A stretch of 64,000 nucleotides of DNA from NCBI GenBank assembly GCA_963785845.1, contig CAWAWP010000003.1, positions 29,324 to 93,323 of the forward strand, in the 5' to 3' direction. The DNA comes from an uncultured Chloroflexia bacterium (GTDB taxonomy: Bacteria; Chloroflexota; Ktedonobacteria; Ktedonobacterales; JADMIN01). Positions 36,417 through 45,463 of this stretch are shown one piece after another. The notes below the pieces were generated by a model. It saw only the letters and a program-made list of their open reading frames with translations, made no database searches and had not been told where the DNA came from. The first letter of the stretch is position 1; each line of letters begins with the position of its first letter. The position numbers and the translations under genes are program-made.

Positions 36417-36889
36417 AAGTCGTCTCGGGGCGCGTCCACGGGGGAGGAGTGCTCGCGGGGAGGGCAAGCGAGCGTGCGGGTCGCGCCGGGCTCCTTTCGA
36501 TGCGCTGTCGAGATGCGGTGGGGCGATAACGGGGAACGCGCGTAGAGAGGTCGAGCGTACGTCTGGGCGACGCGGTAGACGGCTGCATTCGGCGGCGCGG
36601 CGACGAATGGGCGCGTGGAAAGTTTGAGGTAGTGAGTAGAGGTGCCGCGAAGAGGGGCAGTGCTCCCTGATAGCGGAGCAGGATGGAGGATGAAGCGGAG
36701 CCAGCGGTACGCGGCCCCACATTCGTGTATAGCATGGCGCGCCGGTGCTGTCAAGCCGCCCCTCGGCGTGCCTTCGTCACGTCACCCCGTCCGCCTACTC
36801 CTGCGCGCGTCCCATCCACCGGCGACCGCACACGCCCGACGCGCCCAAGAGCTCAACGCCCCGCTGCCAAACTCTCCGCAGTTTCGGCT

Positions 36890-36919
36890 TTGACATGACA
36901 CCAAATGCCGTGCTATCCT
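36890..36919 (+). promoter_or_regulatory. Sigma-70-like promoter with extended -10
   Basis: TTGACA (36890-36895), 18-nt spacer, TGc TATCCT (36911-36919). Confidence 0.35.
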
Positions 36920-36929
36920 CGCCACAGCC

Positions 36930-37034
36930 ATGATCAATGCACACTACGGCCAGCGCGACGTATGCATCGTCCGCGTCCTCAAGGCCTACCACAACCCATA
37001 CATGGACCTCGGCTCAAGCACCTCGGCCGCGTAA
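36930..37034 (+). CDS. Candidate 34-aa micro-ORF (MINAHYGQRDVCIVRVLKAYHNPYMDLGSSTSAA)
   Basis: ATG lies 11 nt after the putative -10, so the transcript would be near-leaderless. G/C dominates third codon positions. The stop codon is embedded in an 11-bp hairpin (37026-37036 / 37049-37059). Below the ORF-track size cutoff. Confidence 0.25.
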   Translation: MINAHYGQRDVCIVRVLKAYHNPYMDLGSSTSAA

Positions 37035-37255
37035 GCCCGGCGCACATCGCTTACGCGGCAGGGATGTTCAAGCGCCACGCGCCCACGCCGAGGTCAGATC
37101 CTCGCGCGTCCTACCGCGCATGACGTACACGCCCCCTCCGCCGCTCCGCTCGTCACGCATCCTCCCTCGCCGGGCCTCTCTTCGCTCCACACGGTCCGCG
37201 TTCGTGCTCGCCTCTCGCCGCACCCCGAACGCCTGAAGAGAAAGCGCCGATTCCC

Positions 37256-38581
37256 ATGTTTCCCTCGCCCTCCGAAGAGATCGCCGCCGAGAGCTTCGCC
37301 GCGACCACGCTCGCCGCAACCGGCGCGCCGACCTCGACGACGAAGCCGCACGCGACACAGCGCCGCTGGCTGCTCGCCTTCGGCCTCTACACCGTCGCCA
37401 CCAACACCACCTTCTCCCAGGCCGTCTGGGTGCTCTACCTCGCTGCCCGCGGCTACAATCCCTTCGCCATCGGCCTCTTCGAAACCTGCTTCCACGTCGC
37501 CAAGCTCGTCGCCGAGATTCCCACTGGCATCTTCGCAGACCTCGTCGGGCGCCGCACCAGCCTGATCGTCTCCTGCGCCATCGGCTCCTTCGCCTCCCTG
37601 CTCTACATCTTCCCCACACCGCCGATCCTGGTGCTCAGCTTCGCGCTCCAGGGGCTTGCCTTCGCCTTTCGCGGCGGCGCCGATAGCGCCCTGCTGTGGA
37701 CCCTTGCCGAGCGTTCCGGCGCGCCGGAGCAATCCGCGTGGTATAGTCGCGTCTTCAGCCGCATGTTCGTGATCACTCTCATCGCCGCTACGGTCGGCGT
37801 CGCCTCCGGCGGCTACCTCGAAGGCGTCAGCGCGATCTTGCCCTTCCTGGCGAGCGGCGTCGTCGTCGCGCTGGGTATCCCGTCGCTGCTCCTGCTGCCA
37901 GAGCCGAGACCCAGTGGCCAACGTCTGCGACGTCATCGCCCACTGGCGCACCTGCGCGCCGGCGTCGCAGCGGTGCGCGCCGATCCAGTGCTGCTGGGGC
38001 TCCTGCTGCTCTCGGGGCTCACCAGCGGCGTGCTCACCACCACCGGCTACTACTCGCAGCTCTACTTCAAGAGCTTGGGCTTCACCATCGCCGCCGTCGG
38101 CATCATCATCGCCTTGACCAACGTGACGGCAGCCTCGTTCGCGTCGCTCGCCCCGCGCATCCTGCGTCGCCTCTCGCGACGCGCCGTCCTCGCCACCTTC
38201 GTCGCGTTCGAGGCCGCTGGGGTGCTGGGGCTCGCCTCCGGGCAACGGCTGCTGGCGCTGGCCGGCTTCGTCGTGCTGCTACAAGTCGGCGACGCCGTGC
38301 TCTACCCGGCGATCAGCACATACCTCAACGAGCGCAGCCCCGAAGCGCAACGTGCGACGGTGCTCTCGCTGGAGACGGGACTCTTCAGCGCGATCATGAT
38401 CGTCATCTTCCCGCTCTTCGGCCTCGGCCTGACGCACATCGCCTACGTCACCGCCTACCTCTGGACCTTCGTGGCCCTAGTCGCCGGTGCCGCCCTGATC
38501 GCCAGCGGTGTCACCCTGCTGCGGCGCAAACGGCGGGCCGAACGCCTCGCAATGCTTGGCGGCAGCGTCGAAATCAAGTAG
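37256..38581 (+). CDS. MFS transporter
   Basis: About 12 hydrophobic segments. MFS motif A-like 'GIFADLVGRRTSL'. Confidence 0.85.
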   Translation: MFPSPSEEIAAESFAATTLAATGAPTSTTKPHATQRRWLLAFGLYTVATNTTFSQAVWVLYLAARGYNPFAIGLFETCFHVAKLVAEIPTGIFADLVGRRTSLIVSCAIGSFASLLYIFPTPPILVLSFALQGLAFAFRGGADSALLWTLAERSGAPEQSAWYSRVFSRMFVITLIAATVGVASGGYLEGVSAILPFLASGVVVALGIPSLLLLPEPRPSGQRLRRHRPLAHLRAGVAAVRADPVLLGLLLLSGLTSGVLTTTGYYSQLYFKSLGFTIAAVGIIIALTNVTAASFASLAPRILRRLSRRAVLATFVAFEAAGVLGLASGQRLLALAGFVVLLQVGDAVLYPAISTYLNERSPEAQRATVLSLETGLFSAIMIVIFPLFGLGLTHIAYVTAYLWTFVALVAGAALIASGVTLLRRKRRAERLAMLGGSVEIK

Positions 38582-38767
38582 ACGTGCGCCAGCCTGAGCG
38601 CTCCGATGGAGCGCGAAACCGAAGTGCTGCGCATCCACCAGCGATGTCTACGTGCCGCAACCCAACACCGCGCACACCACATCCGCCGCGGATGAAATAG
38701 CGCTCCATCCGCGGCTGGGCCGCCTCCACCTAAGGCGCGCGAGCCGCCGACTCAGCGCAGGACTAGC

Positions 38768-38796
38768 TTGCGCGATACTGCCGCCATCGCTACAAT
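38768..38796 (+). promoter_or_regulatory. Sigma-70-like promoter
   Basis: TTGCGC (38768-38773), 17-nt spacer, TACAAT (38791-38796), about 140 nt upstream of ATG 38935. Confidence 0.35.
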
Positions 38797-38934
38797 AGAT
38801 CAATGCCGATACGCGCATAGAGATGTTTGCGCAGCGGCAGCATCCCGGCCTCGCACCTGTCGCATCGCCCTTGACGATCAGCGTGCGCCACCTCGGCGCC
38901 TTCTCCCTTCGACCCCGGAAAGGACCGCTGTTCC

Positions 38935-39345
38935 ATGACGCCGACCCGTAGCGCGAAGCCGCTGGTAAGCGCGGCGCTGGCACTCTGTTTCGTGCTCGCC
39001 TTCGTCGTGCCGTTCCTCCAAATCCGAAACCTCGGCCTCAAGGCGCCCGGCACCCCCTTCGACGACGCTCAGGCAGGCTTCATCCGTTACGCCGTTATCG
39101 GCGGCATCGCCATCGCCTGGTTCTTCGTGCAGCTCTTCTGGCGCGCCTCCACCGAGTCCACCAAACTCGGCCTCGCCGTCTCCGCCACCATCATCTGGCT
39201 CGCCGTCGCCTTCTTCTTCGGCTTCCGCGACGAAATCCATTACGACGAAGGCACCCGCGGCGCCGTCGCCTTCTTCACCCTCATGGGCGGACTCGGCATC
39301 GTCCTCCTCTGGACGCGTTTCCTCGCCGACGACATCACCTTCTAA
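38935..39345 (+). CDS. Small four-TM membrane protein, hypothetical
   Basis: Hydrophobic segments 'LVSAALALCFVLAFVVPFL', 'AVIGGIAIAWFFVQLFW', 'AVSATIIWLAVAFFFGF', 'AFFTLMGGLGIVLLW'. GAAAGGA upstream of the ATG. Confidence 0.6.
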   Translation: MTPTRSAKPLVSAALALCFVLAFVVPFLQIRNLGLKAPGTPFDDAQAGFIRYAVIGGIAIAWFFVQLFWRASTESTKLGLAVSATIIWLAVAFFFGFRDEIHYDEGTRGAVAFFTLMGGLGIVLLWTRFLADDITF

Positions 39346-39586
39346 GGCACCGGCGAAGGCGCCCGCGCAGCGCAGCGCTTTCCTCGTGCGTCACCCTCGC
39401 GGTCGGCGCTCGTGCCGTTCGCGCACCTCCCGGCCGGGCGCTTCTCAACGCGCGAAAGCCGTCGCCTTCAGGCTCACAGAGGTGGACTTGGCGTCCGGAT
39501 GGCCCCAGGCGCGGCCTCAGCCGCCAGCCCTAACTCGCATCCACTGACAGTGAGGATCACCCGTCGGCCACCCTTGCGCTCACTCA

Positions 39587-39602
39587 AGTTTAGTGCTAAA
39601 CT
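39587..39602. promoter_or_regulatory. Perfect inverted repeat AGTTTAG-tg-CTAAACT, probable MarR operator
   Basis: 7+7 palindrome located 21 nt upstream of the -10 element of the marR-family gene, in the position expected for -35 overlap. Confidence 0.45.
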
Positions 39603-39620
39603 GAACTAATTCGATCGGCG

Positions 39621-39629
39621 TGCTACACT
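39621..39629 (+). promoter_or_regulatory. Extended -10 element TGcTACACT
   Basis: 46 nt upstream of ATG 39676, whose RBS is GGGAGG 39663-39668. Confidence 0.4.
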
Positions 39630-39675
39630 AAACCAACGCGGCGCGCAGAGTTGAGACGAGACGGGAGGCGGCCAC

Positions 39676-40164
39676 ATGCAACAATCCATCGCGACCTGGC
39701 TGCGCCTCGCCCGCTTCTACCACAAAGCTGATCGGCGTCTGCTCGCCAACCTCCGCTGCTACGACCTCAGCCTCGCCCAGTTTGATGTGCTGGCGCAACT
39801 CGGCGCCGCCGAGGGCATCACCCAGCAAGAGCTTGCCGACAAGCTACTCGTCACCAAGGGCAACGTTACCCAACTTCTCGACCGCATGACCCTCGGCGGA
39901 CTGCTGACGCGCCGCCAGGACGGTCGCGCCAACCGCCTCTATCTCACCGAGGCTGGGCGCTCACTCTTCCACCTTGCCGTGCCGCGCCAAGAGGACGAGA
40001 TCACCCGTATCCTTGAGCCGCTCTCCACAGCGGAGCAGGCGCAGCTCTCCGCGCTGCTGCGCAAACTCGACCGCGCGCTCGACCCACGCCTCGATGCCAC
40101 CCTCACGGCCCCACTCGGCGAAGCGGCCGTGCCGTCTGCACCCGCCTGCGACGAGTCGGCATGA
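39676..40164 (+). CDS. MarR-family transcriptional regulator
   Basis: Winged HTH 'LSLAQFDVLAQLGAAEGITQQELADKLLVTKGNVTQLLDRM..GLLTRRQDGRANRLYLT'. Confidence 0.9.
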   Translation: MQQSIATWLRLARFYHKADRRLLANLRCYDLSLAQFDVLAQLGAAEGITQQELADKLLVTKGNVTQLLDRMTLGGLLTRRQDGRANRLYLTEAGRSLFHLAVPRQEDEITRILEPLSTAEQAQLSALLRKLDRALDPRLDATLTAPLGEAAVPSAPACDESA

Positions 40165-40223
40165 CGAAGCTGGCGCACCGGCCCGTGGCGTGCGGGCGCA
40201 TACCCGCGAACGCGAGGTGAACC

Positions 40224-40757
40224 ATGCAGCACGACGACCATGTGCGCCTGCTTCAGCCCGGGGTGGTGGCGCGCGGCGGCGTCTGGGCGGATCTCGGCTC
40301 CGGCAGCGGCGCATTCACCCTGGCGCTCGCCGATCTGCTAGGCCCAACCGGCACGATCACTTCAATCGACAAGGATCGCGGCGCGCTACACGAGCAAGAG
40401 CGCATCATGCATGCGCGCTTCCCCGACGTGGCGCTCCACTACCTCGTCGCCGACTTCACCAGGCCACTCGATCTGCCGCCGCTCGACGGCATCGTCATGG
40501 CAAATTCGCTACACTTCGTCCGCGAGAAGGCGCCCGTGCTGGCGCTGGTGCATAGCTACCTCAAGCCCGGCGGTCGCCTGCTACTCGTCGAATACAATGC
40601 CGATCGCGGCAATCTCTGGGTCCCGTATCCGCTCGCTTATCCCACCTGGGAGCAGGTCGCCGCGCGGGCGGGTTTCCGCGAAACGCGACTCCTCGCCCGC
40701 GTGCCCAGCCGCTTCCTCGGCGAGATCTACTCAGCCGCCAGCCTCAAGCCAGACTGA
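40224..40757 (+). CDS. Class I SAM-dependent methyltransferase
   Basis: Motif I 'VWADLGSGSGAFTLALADLL'. GAGGTG RBS before ATG 40224. Confidence 0.85.
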   Translation: MQHDDHVRLLQPGVVARGGVWADLGSGSGAFTLALADLLGPTGTITSIDKDRGALHEQERIMHARFPDVALHYLVADFTRPLDLPPLDGIVMANSLHFVREKAPVLALVHSYLKPGGRLLLVEYNADRGNLWVPYPLAYPTWEQVAARAGFRETRLLARVPSRFLGEIYSAASLKPD

Positions 40758-40836
40758 TCACCCCGCGCAGGCGCACACGTCGCCGCATGCGCCGCGAGAA
40801 CATGCCATCGTCCTGAGAGTTCGCACCGAGGTCGCC

Positions 40837-41496
40837 ATGGAAATGCTCACGTTAGACGTCACCGGCCCGCACGCCGGACAGCCCGCGTTCGTGGCGGGAG
40901 AGCCGCTCGCATCCGCGCGCACGGTGTTTCTACTGCTCCACGGGCGCGGCGCCTCGGCCGAAGACATCCTCACCCTGGGAGAGCAATGGGCCGCGCCGGG
41001 CATCACCCGTGTTGCGCCCCAGGCCGCCGGAGCCACCTGGTATCCTCGGCCATTCACCGCGCCAACCGAGCAGAATGAACCGGCCCTCTCCTCCGCGTTC
41101 GCCACAGTCGATGCCTGTCTGCAACAGGTCGTCGCCGCCGGCGTCCCTCCCGACCGCGTCATCCTCCTCGGTTTCTCACAAGGAGCATCGCTCGCGCTCA
41201 CCTACGCCGCACTGCACCCGCGTCGCTACGGCGGCGTGGTCGGGTTGAGCGGCGGCCTCATCGGTCCTGACGATGCCCCACCCAGCTACAGCGGATCGCT
41301 GGCTGGCACGCCGGCGTTCCTCGGCTGCAGCGATGTCGATCCGTTCATCCCCGCCGACCGCGTCCGCCAGAGCGCCGACGCCTTGCGCCAACTCGGCGCG
41401 GTCGTTACGCTGCGGCTCTATCGCGCCATGGCCCACACGGTCAACGATGATGAGATCGCCGCCGTGCGTTCCATCGCAGACCAGCTCGGCGTCTAG
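40837..41496 (+). CDS. Alpha/beta hydrolase, phospholipase/carboxylesterase family
   Basis: 'VFLLLHGRGASAEDI' and nucleophile elbow 'LLGFSQGASLAL'. The real start is ATG 40837 (MEMLTLDV). The long ORF 40411..41496 overlaps the methyltransferase out of frame. Confidence 0.85.
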   Translation: MEMLTLDVTGPHAGQPAFVAGEPLASARTVFLLLHGRGASAEDILTLGEQWAAPGITRVAPQAAGATWYPRPFTAPTEQNEPALSSAFATVDACLQQVVAAGVPPDRVILLGFSQGASLALTYAALHPRRYGGVVGLSGGLIGPDDAPPSYSGSLAGTPAFLGCSDVDPFIPADRVRQSADALRQLGAVVTLRLYRAMAHTVNDDEIAAVRSIADQLGV

Positions 41497-41558
41497 CAAG
41501 CCGCAACCTCGCGTACGTGCTGCCTCGGCGATCCAGGTTTACGAATAAACTCATACTC

Positions 41559-41588
41559 TTGACTCCAGGCATGTCCTTATGCTATATA
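41559..41588 (+). promoter_or_regulatory. Sigma-70-like promoter with extended -10
   Basis: TTGACT (41559-41564), then TGc TATATA (41580-41588) after an 18-nt spacer. Strongly AT-rich patch upstream of yceI-like ATG 41661. Confidence 0.5.
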
Positions 41589-41660
41589 TTTTGTAGTTGC
41601 TTCATGCAATACAAGTTTAGCGGTAAACCACACGACAACCGCCAGAAAGAGGAACAGTCC

Positions 41661-42218
41661 ATGGCCTGGGAATTTGACAAAGCGCACACCAGTATCACGT
41701 TCTCCGCGAAGCACATGATGGTCTCCACGGTACGCGGCCGCTTCGATTCCTTCGACGGCATCGTCGATCTCAACGAACCGAATCCCGCCGACTCCAAGGT
41801 CGACGTCACCATTCAAGCCGCCAGCATCTCCACCAACGATCCCCGCCGCGACGGCCACCTAAAGTCGGCGGACTTCTTCGACGTAGAGCAGTACCCCACC
41901 ATCACCTACAAGAGCACCAAGGTCGAGCAGCTCAGCGGCGACAAATATCGCGTCACCGGCGACCTCACCGTCAAGGATGTCACCCGGACAGTGCCGCTCG
42001 ACGTCACTTTTGAGGGCGAGACCCGCGGCATGCAGGGCGGGCGCCACGCCGGATTCACCATCACCACGGCGATCAACCGCAAGGACTTCGGCCTCAACTG
42101 GAACGTCGCCCTCGAAGCTGGCGGCTGGCTAGTCGGAGACACCATCAAGATCGAAATTGATGCCGAGGTCCTCGAGCCCGCGCAAGTCGCCACCGAAGCC
42201 GTCGCCGCCAAGGCGTAA
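41661..42218 (+). CDS. YceI-family polyisoprenoid-binding protein
   Basis: 'FSAKHMMVSTVRGRF', 'DPRRDGHLKSADFFDVEQYPTITYKST', 'GDLTVKDVTRTV'. AGAGGA RBS. Start trimmed from ORF 41517. Confidence 0.9.
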   Translation: MAWEFDKAHTSITFSAKHMMVSTVRGRFDSFDGIVDLNEPNPADSKVDVTIQAASISTNDPRRDGHLKSADFFDVEQYPTITYKSTKVEQLSGDKYRVTGDLTVKDVTRTVPLDVTFEGETRGMQGGRHAGFTITTAINRKDFGLNWNVALEAGGWLVGDTIKIEIDAEVLEPAQVATEAVAAKA

Positions 42219-42249
42219 CGCTCGTTCAGACACGCAGAGAGAGTTCTTG

Positions 42250-42283
42250 GGCGCGCCTCCGCGAGAGGTGCGCCTTCTTCTTG
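42250..42283 (+). terminator. Rho-independent terminator of the yceI-like gene
   Basis: 10-bp stem GGCGCGCCTC / GAGGTGCGCC (one G-U) with loop CGCGA, followed by TTCTTCTTG. Confidence 0.65.
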
Positions 42284-42302
42284 CGTTCCGTCGCGCTCTG
42301 CG

Positions 42303-42764
42303 TCAAATGTCCTTCTGCATCGCGGTTGCCACCACATAGTAGCCGGCCGTGTCGTAGAGGTGCCGCGCCACGGCGTTCTTGCCGAAGACGTTCAGGGCGA
42401 TCCGCCGCACGCCCATCGGGCGCACGGTAGACTCCAGCACGTCGAGCGTCTGCCGCCCATAGCCCTTGCCGCGCTGCGCCTCAAAGAGCGCGATGTCGTA
42501 AATGAATGCGCGACCCTTCTCCGGCTCCACAAAGACCCACAGCGAGCCGATCGCCGCGCCGCCCTCGTCCGTCACCGTCCAGAAATAGTGGTTCGGCGTC
42601 GCCAGCCCCTGCGGAATCAGCCCGTCGATCTGCTTATTCGAGAGTTCGCGCTCCTCCTCAATCGGCGTCTCACCACTCTTCGCGCGCTCCTGTGCGTAAT
42701 CCTCCCGCAGATAGGCGATATACGGCGTGTACTCGGCCTCAGTCATCGGACGCAGGGCAACCAT
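42303..42764 (-). CDS. GNAT-family N-acetyltransferase
   Basis: 'IALFEAQRGKGYGRQTLDVL' (Q/RxxGxG/A acetyl-CoA motif). Confidence 0.85.
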   Translation of the reverse strand: MVALRPMTEAEYTPYIAYLREDYAQERAKSGETPIEEERELSNKQIDGLIPQGLATPNHYFWTVTDEGGAAIGSLWVFVEPEKGRAFIYDIALFEAQRGKGYGRQTLDVLESTVRPMGVRRIALNVFGKNAVARHLYDTAGYYVVATAMQKDI

Positions 42765-42811
42765 AATTCCACTCCTTCTCGCGCGATACGCCGTCGCGTA
42801 CGCTCGATTGA

Positions 42812-43864
42812 TTATGCCGTGATCAGCACATCGTTGGGAAACTGCAGTGCCGGAGACTGAATCGTGGCGACGACGCGCTGCGTGGCCGCGTCGATCACCG
42901 AGAGATTGCGGCTGACGGTATTCGCGACCACCACAAACCGGCCATCCGGCGTCACCGCGATGCCATGCGGGTAGCCATCCGTCGCCACCACCTTCCGCAG
43001 TGTCGGATGCGCCGCGTCATGCCCGATGTCGAGAATGTGCACGCTCGCCGACGCGCCATCCGAAACGTAGAGCGTATCTCCATTCGGCGACCGTGCGACC
43101 AGCGCTGGCCGCACGCCTACGGCCACCGAGCCAACCAGCGTGCGACTCGCCGTATCGATGATGTCCAGGCGGTTGGCAAAATTGTCGCTGGCGTAAACAT
43201 AGCGTCCGTCCGCGCTGATGGCGATGCCATAGGGCTCCGCGCCAGGGATCGCCACCGTCGCCGCCAGTGCTCGCGCGGCGACGTCGATGATCGCCACCGC
43301 CGCGCCGCCGTAACACGCGACATAGGCATATTTGCCATCCGGCGAGAGCACAATACCGTGCGGATTCGCCGGAACAGGAATGTTCTTCACCCGCGTCCAG
43401 GTCTTCGTCTCGATCACGCTGACCGACTGCGCCTGAAAGTTGGTGACGAAGAGCGTGCTCCCGTCGAGCGATTCGACGACATGCACCGGCTGTGTCCCAA
43501 CGCCGACGGCATGCGCGATCGTCGGCGCGCCCGTCCCTGCAGGAATCGCCTCGAGCTTGTTGCCGCTGATGTTGGTGACGTAGAGCATCTTGCCATCGCT
43601 GGAGAGCCCCAACCCATGGACGCTCTCGGCGATATGCAACGTATAGCCCCCAAAGAGCACCAGATCGCCCGTCACCAGATCGGTGACATAGACGTGGTAT
43701 GGCGCTAACACCGCGGGCGCCGCGATCACCGGCAGCGTCGCCGCGGCGCGCGGCGTGTCCGCTGGTGTCGCGCCGCCACACCCCGCGAGCAGCGCCGCCA
43801 GCGCCAGCGTCCACAGCAATACCGACCACTGCGAGCGAGCGCCTTGTCGGCGGCGACCTGCCAT
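42812..43864 (-). CDS. YncE-like beta-propeller lipoprotein (YVTN-type repeats)
   Basis: Lipobox 'LAALLAGC'. Repeated blades 'LYVTNISGNKL', 'LFVTNFQAQSVSVI', 'AYVACYGGAAVAII', 'VYASDNFANRLDII', 'LYVSDGASASVHIL', 'VVVANTVSRNLSVI'. Start trimmed to ATG 43864. Confidence 0.85.
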   Translation of the reverse strand: MAGRRRQGARSQWSVLLWTLALAALLAGCGGATPADTPRAAATLPVIAAPAVLAPYHVYVTDLVTGDLVLFGGYTLHIAESVHGLGLSSDGKMLYVTNISGNKLEAIPAGTGAPTIAHAVGVGTQPVHVVESLDGSTLFVTNFQAQSVSVIETKTWTRVKNIPVPANPHGIVLSPDGKYAYVACYGGAAVAIIDVAARALAATVAIPGAEPYGIAISADGRYVYASDNFANRLDIIDTASRTLVGSVAVGVRPALVARSPNGDTLYVSDGASASVHILDIGHDAAHPTLRKVVATDGYPHGIAVTPDGRFVVVANTVSRNLSVIDAATQRVVATIQSPALQFPNDVLITA

Positions 43865-43974
43865 GCCTACCTCGCCTTTCCCGCTCGCGCCCACAACTGC
43901 CACGCATTGTAGCGGTTGAGGCTTGGTCGCGCGGGCGGCAAGGTACTTGTGGGCACGCCCCGAAGCGCAGGCGC

Positions 43975-44403
43975 CTACACCGCCTTCGCGGTGACGGCGG
44001 GCACCTCCTGCGTGCAGAAGGCGCAGCGGCTGGCGGCGACCGGGATCTTGCTCAGGCAATACGGGCACTCGCGCGTCGTCTCCTCCACCGGCGTATCCGT
44101 CTTGCGCCGTGCCATCAGCGCATTCACCGGGCGCACGATGAAGAAGAAGACCACCGCGGCGAGGATCAAGAAGGCGACCAACACCGTCAGGAACGAGCCG
44201 AACAGGATCTTGCTGCCGTTGACCGTCCAATAATACTGGTCGAACGTCGGCTTGCCGCCGAACGCGCCGATCAGCGGCATAATCACGTCCGCCACCAACG
44301 CCGTGACGACCGCGCCAAACGCCGCGCCGATGACCACCGCGACCGCCAGATCGACTACATTGCCACGCAGGATGAATGCTTTGAAGTCATTGAGCGCTTT
44401 CAT
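43975..44403 (-). CDS. mscL: Large-conductance mechanosensitive channel with C-terminal CxxC..CxxC extension
   Basis: 'FILRGNVVDLAVAVVIGAAFGAVVTALV..IMPLIG' with a second TM. C-terminal 'CPYCLSKIPVAASRCAFC'. GAGGAG RBS before ATG 44403. Confidence 0.93.
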   Translation of the reverse strand: MKALNDFKAFILRGNVVDLAVAVVIGAAFGAVVTALVADVIMPLIGAFGGKPTFDQYYWTVNGSKILFGSFLTVLVAFLILAAVVFFFIVRPVNALMARRKTDTPVEETTRECPYCLSKIPVAASRCAFCTQEVPAVTAKAV

Positions 44404-44547
44404 GTGTTGCTCCTCACCACATTCACGCACCTGCCGATTGGATGCTTGTTCACCGTTATGCCACACCTGCGCTCAAAGCGCAATCCATCGGCATTTCTTG
44501 GGCAACGCAATCTTGCGTATACCGCGTCCCGTCACGAAAGACACGCG

Positions 44548-45378
44548 CTACGAAGCCCGCGCTGCCGACACGATCGCGCGTAAGAACTCCGGCACCTCCG
44601 CAATCGAGGCCAGCGTGACATCTGCCTCCTCCGCCAGTCCTGGCGGCGTCTCCTCGTGCAGCACAGCCACCGCGACGCCCTGGCACGCACCCTCTCGTCG
44701 CAGCCGTCGTAGCGCGCGGAAAGCATCCACATCGGTGCGATCGTCGCCCAGGTAGAACGCGCCGCGCAGTCCATGCCTGTGGATCACCTCCGTCACCGCC
44801 ACGCCCTTATCCACCTCGACCGGTGGGCGCAGTTCGACGATCAGCTTGCCCCGTGTCACACGCAGTCCCGTCTGCGCGGCGGCGGCGAGCGCGGCGGCGT
44901 ACACCGCTTCGTCGGCCAGGCGTGGCTCAGCCGTTCCGCGCGTGTGGATGCTCGCCGTCGCACCTTTCGGCTCGACGAACATGCCGGGGAAGCGCGGCAT
45001 CAGTTCGCGCCCAAGCTGATCCGCCGCCGCCGCGATAACCTGACGATATGGCTCTGCCGCCGCCAGCACACTGAACGTGCCGTCCGCCTCGATGCGGTCG
45101 AAGCCATGGTTGCCGATATAGGTGATCGCCTCCACGCCAACCAACCGCTGAATATCCGTCGCCGCGCGCCCCGAGACCGCCGCCACCACCGCAAAGGCGC
45201 CCCGTGCCTCGATCAGCAGATCGCGCACGCCCGGCAGCAGCACCGCGGCCCCCGGCGTCGGCGCCAGCGCGCTCAGCGTGCCATCCACATCGGAAAATAG
45301 CCCACACGGACGCGCATGGAGCGCCGCCTCGATCAACACGCGTGCGGCGGGCGGCAGAGTGTCAAACGCATCGCTCAT
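44548..45378 (-). CDS. HAD-IIB hydrolase, trehalose-6-phosphate phosphatase-like
   Basis: 'LFSDVDGTLS' (motif I), 'VSGRAA', 'VELRPPVEVDKG', 'FYLGDDRTDVDAF'. Start trimmed to ATG 45378 (MSDAFD). Confidence 0.8.
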   Translation of the reverse strand: MSDAFDTLPPAARVLIEAALHARPCGLFSDVDGTLSALAPTPGAAVLLPGVRDLLIEARGAFAVVAAVSGRAATDIQRLVGVEAITYIGNHGFDRIEADGTFSVLAAAEPYRQVIAAAADQLGRELMPRFPGMFVEPKGATASIHTRGTAEPRLADEAVYAAALAAAAQTGLRVTRGKLIVELRPPVEVDKGVAVTEVIHRHGLRGAFYLGDDRTDVDAFRALRRLRREGACQGVAVAVLHEETPPGLAEEADVTLASIAEVPEFLRAIVSAARAS

Positions 45379-45463
45379 CGCGTTCACCGCCTTCCAGTGC
45401 ATCGCGTGCCGCGCACGGCCACGCATCCTCACCGGGGCGTCCAGCGCTCGCCCCCATAGCATG

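Noticed and set aside
33031-36545. ORFs 33031..34491 (-), 33387..34541 (+) and 34935..36545 (+)
   Set aside because: Extreme Arg/Gly/Ala content. They overlap the DyP peroxidase, membrane paralog 2 and rho, all of which are confidently identified in other frames or strands.
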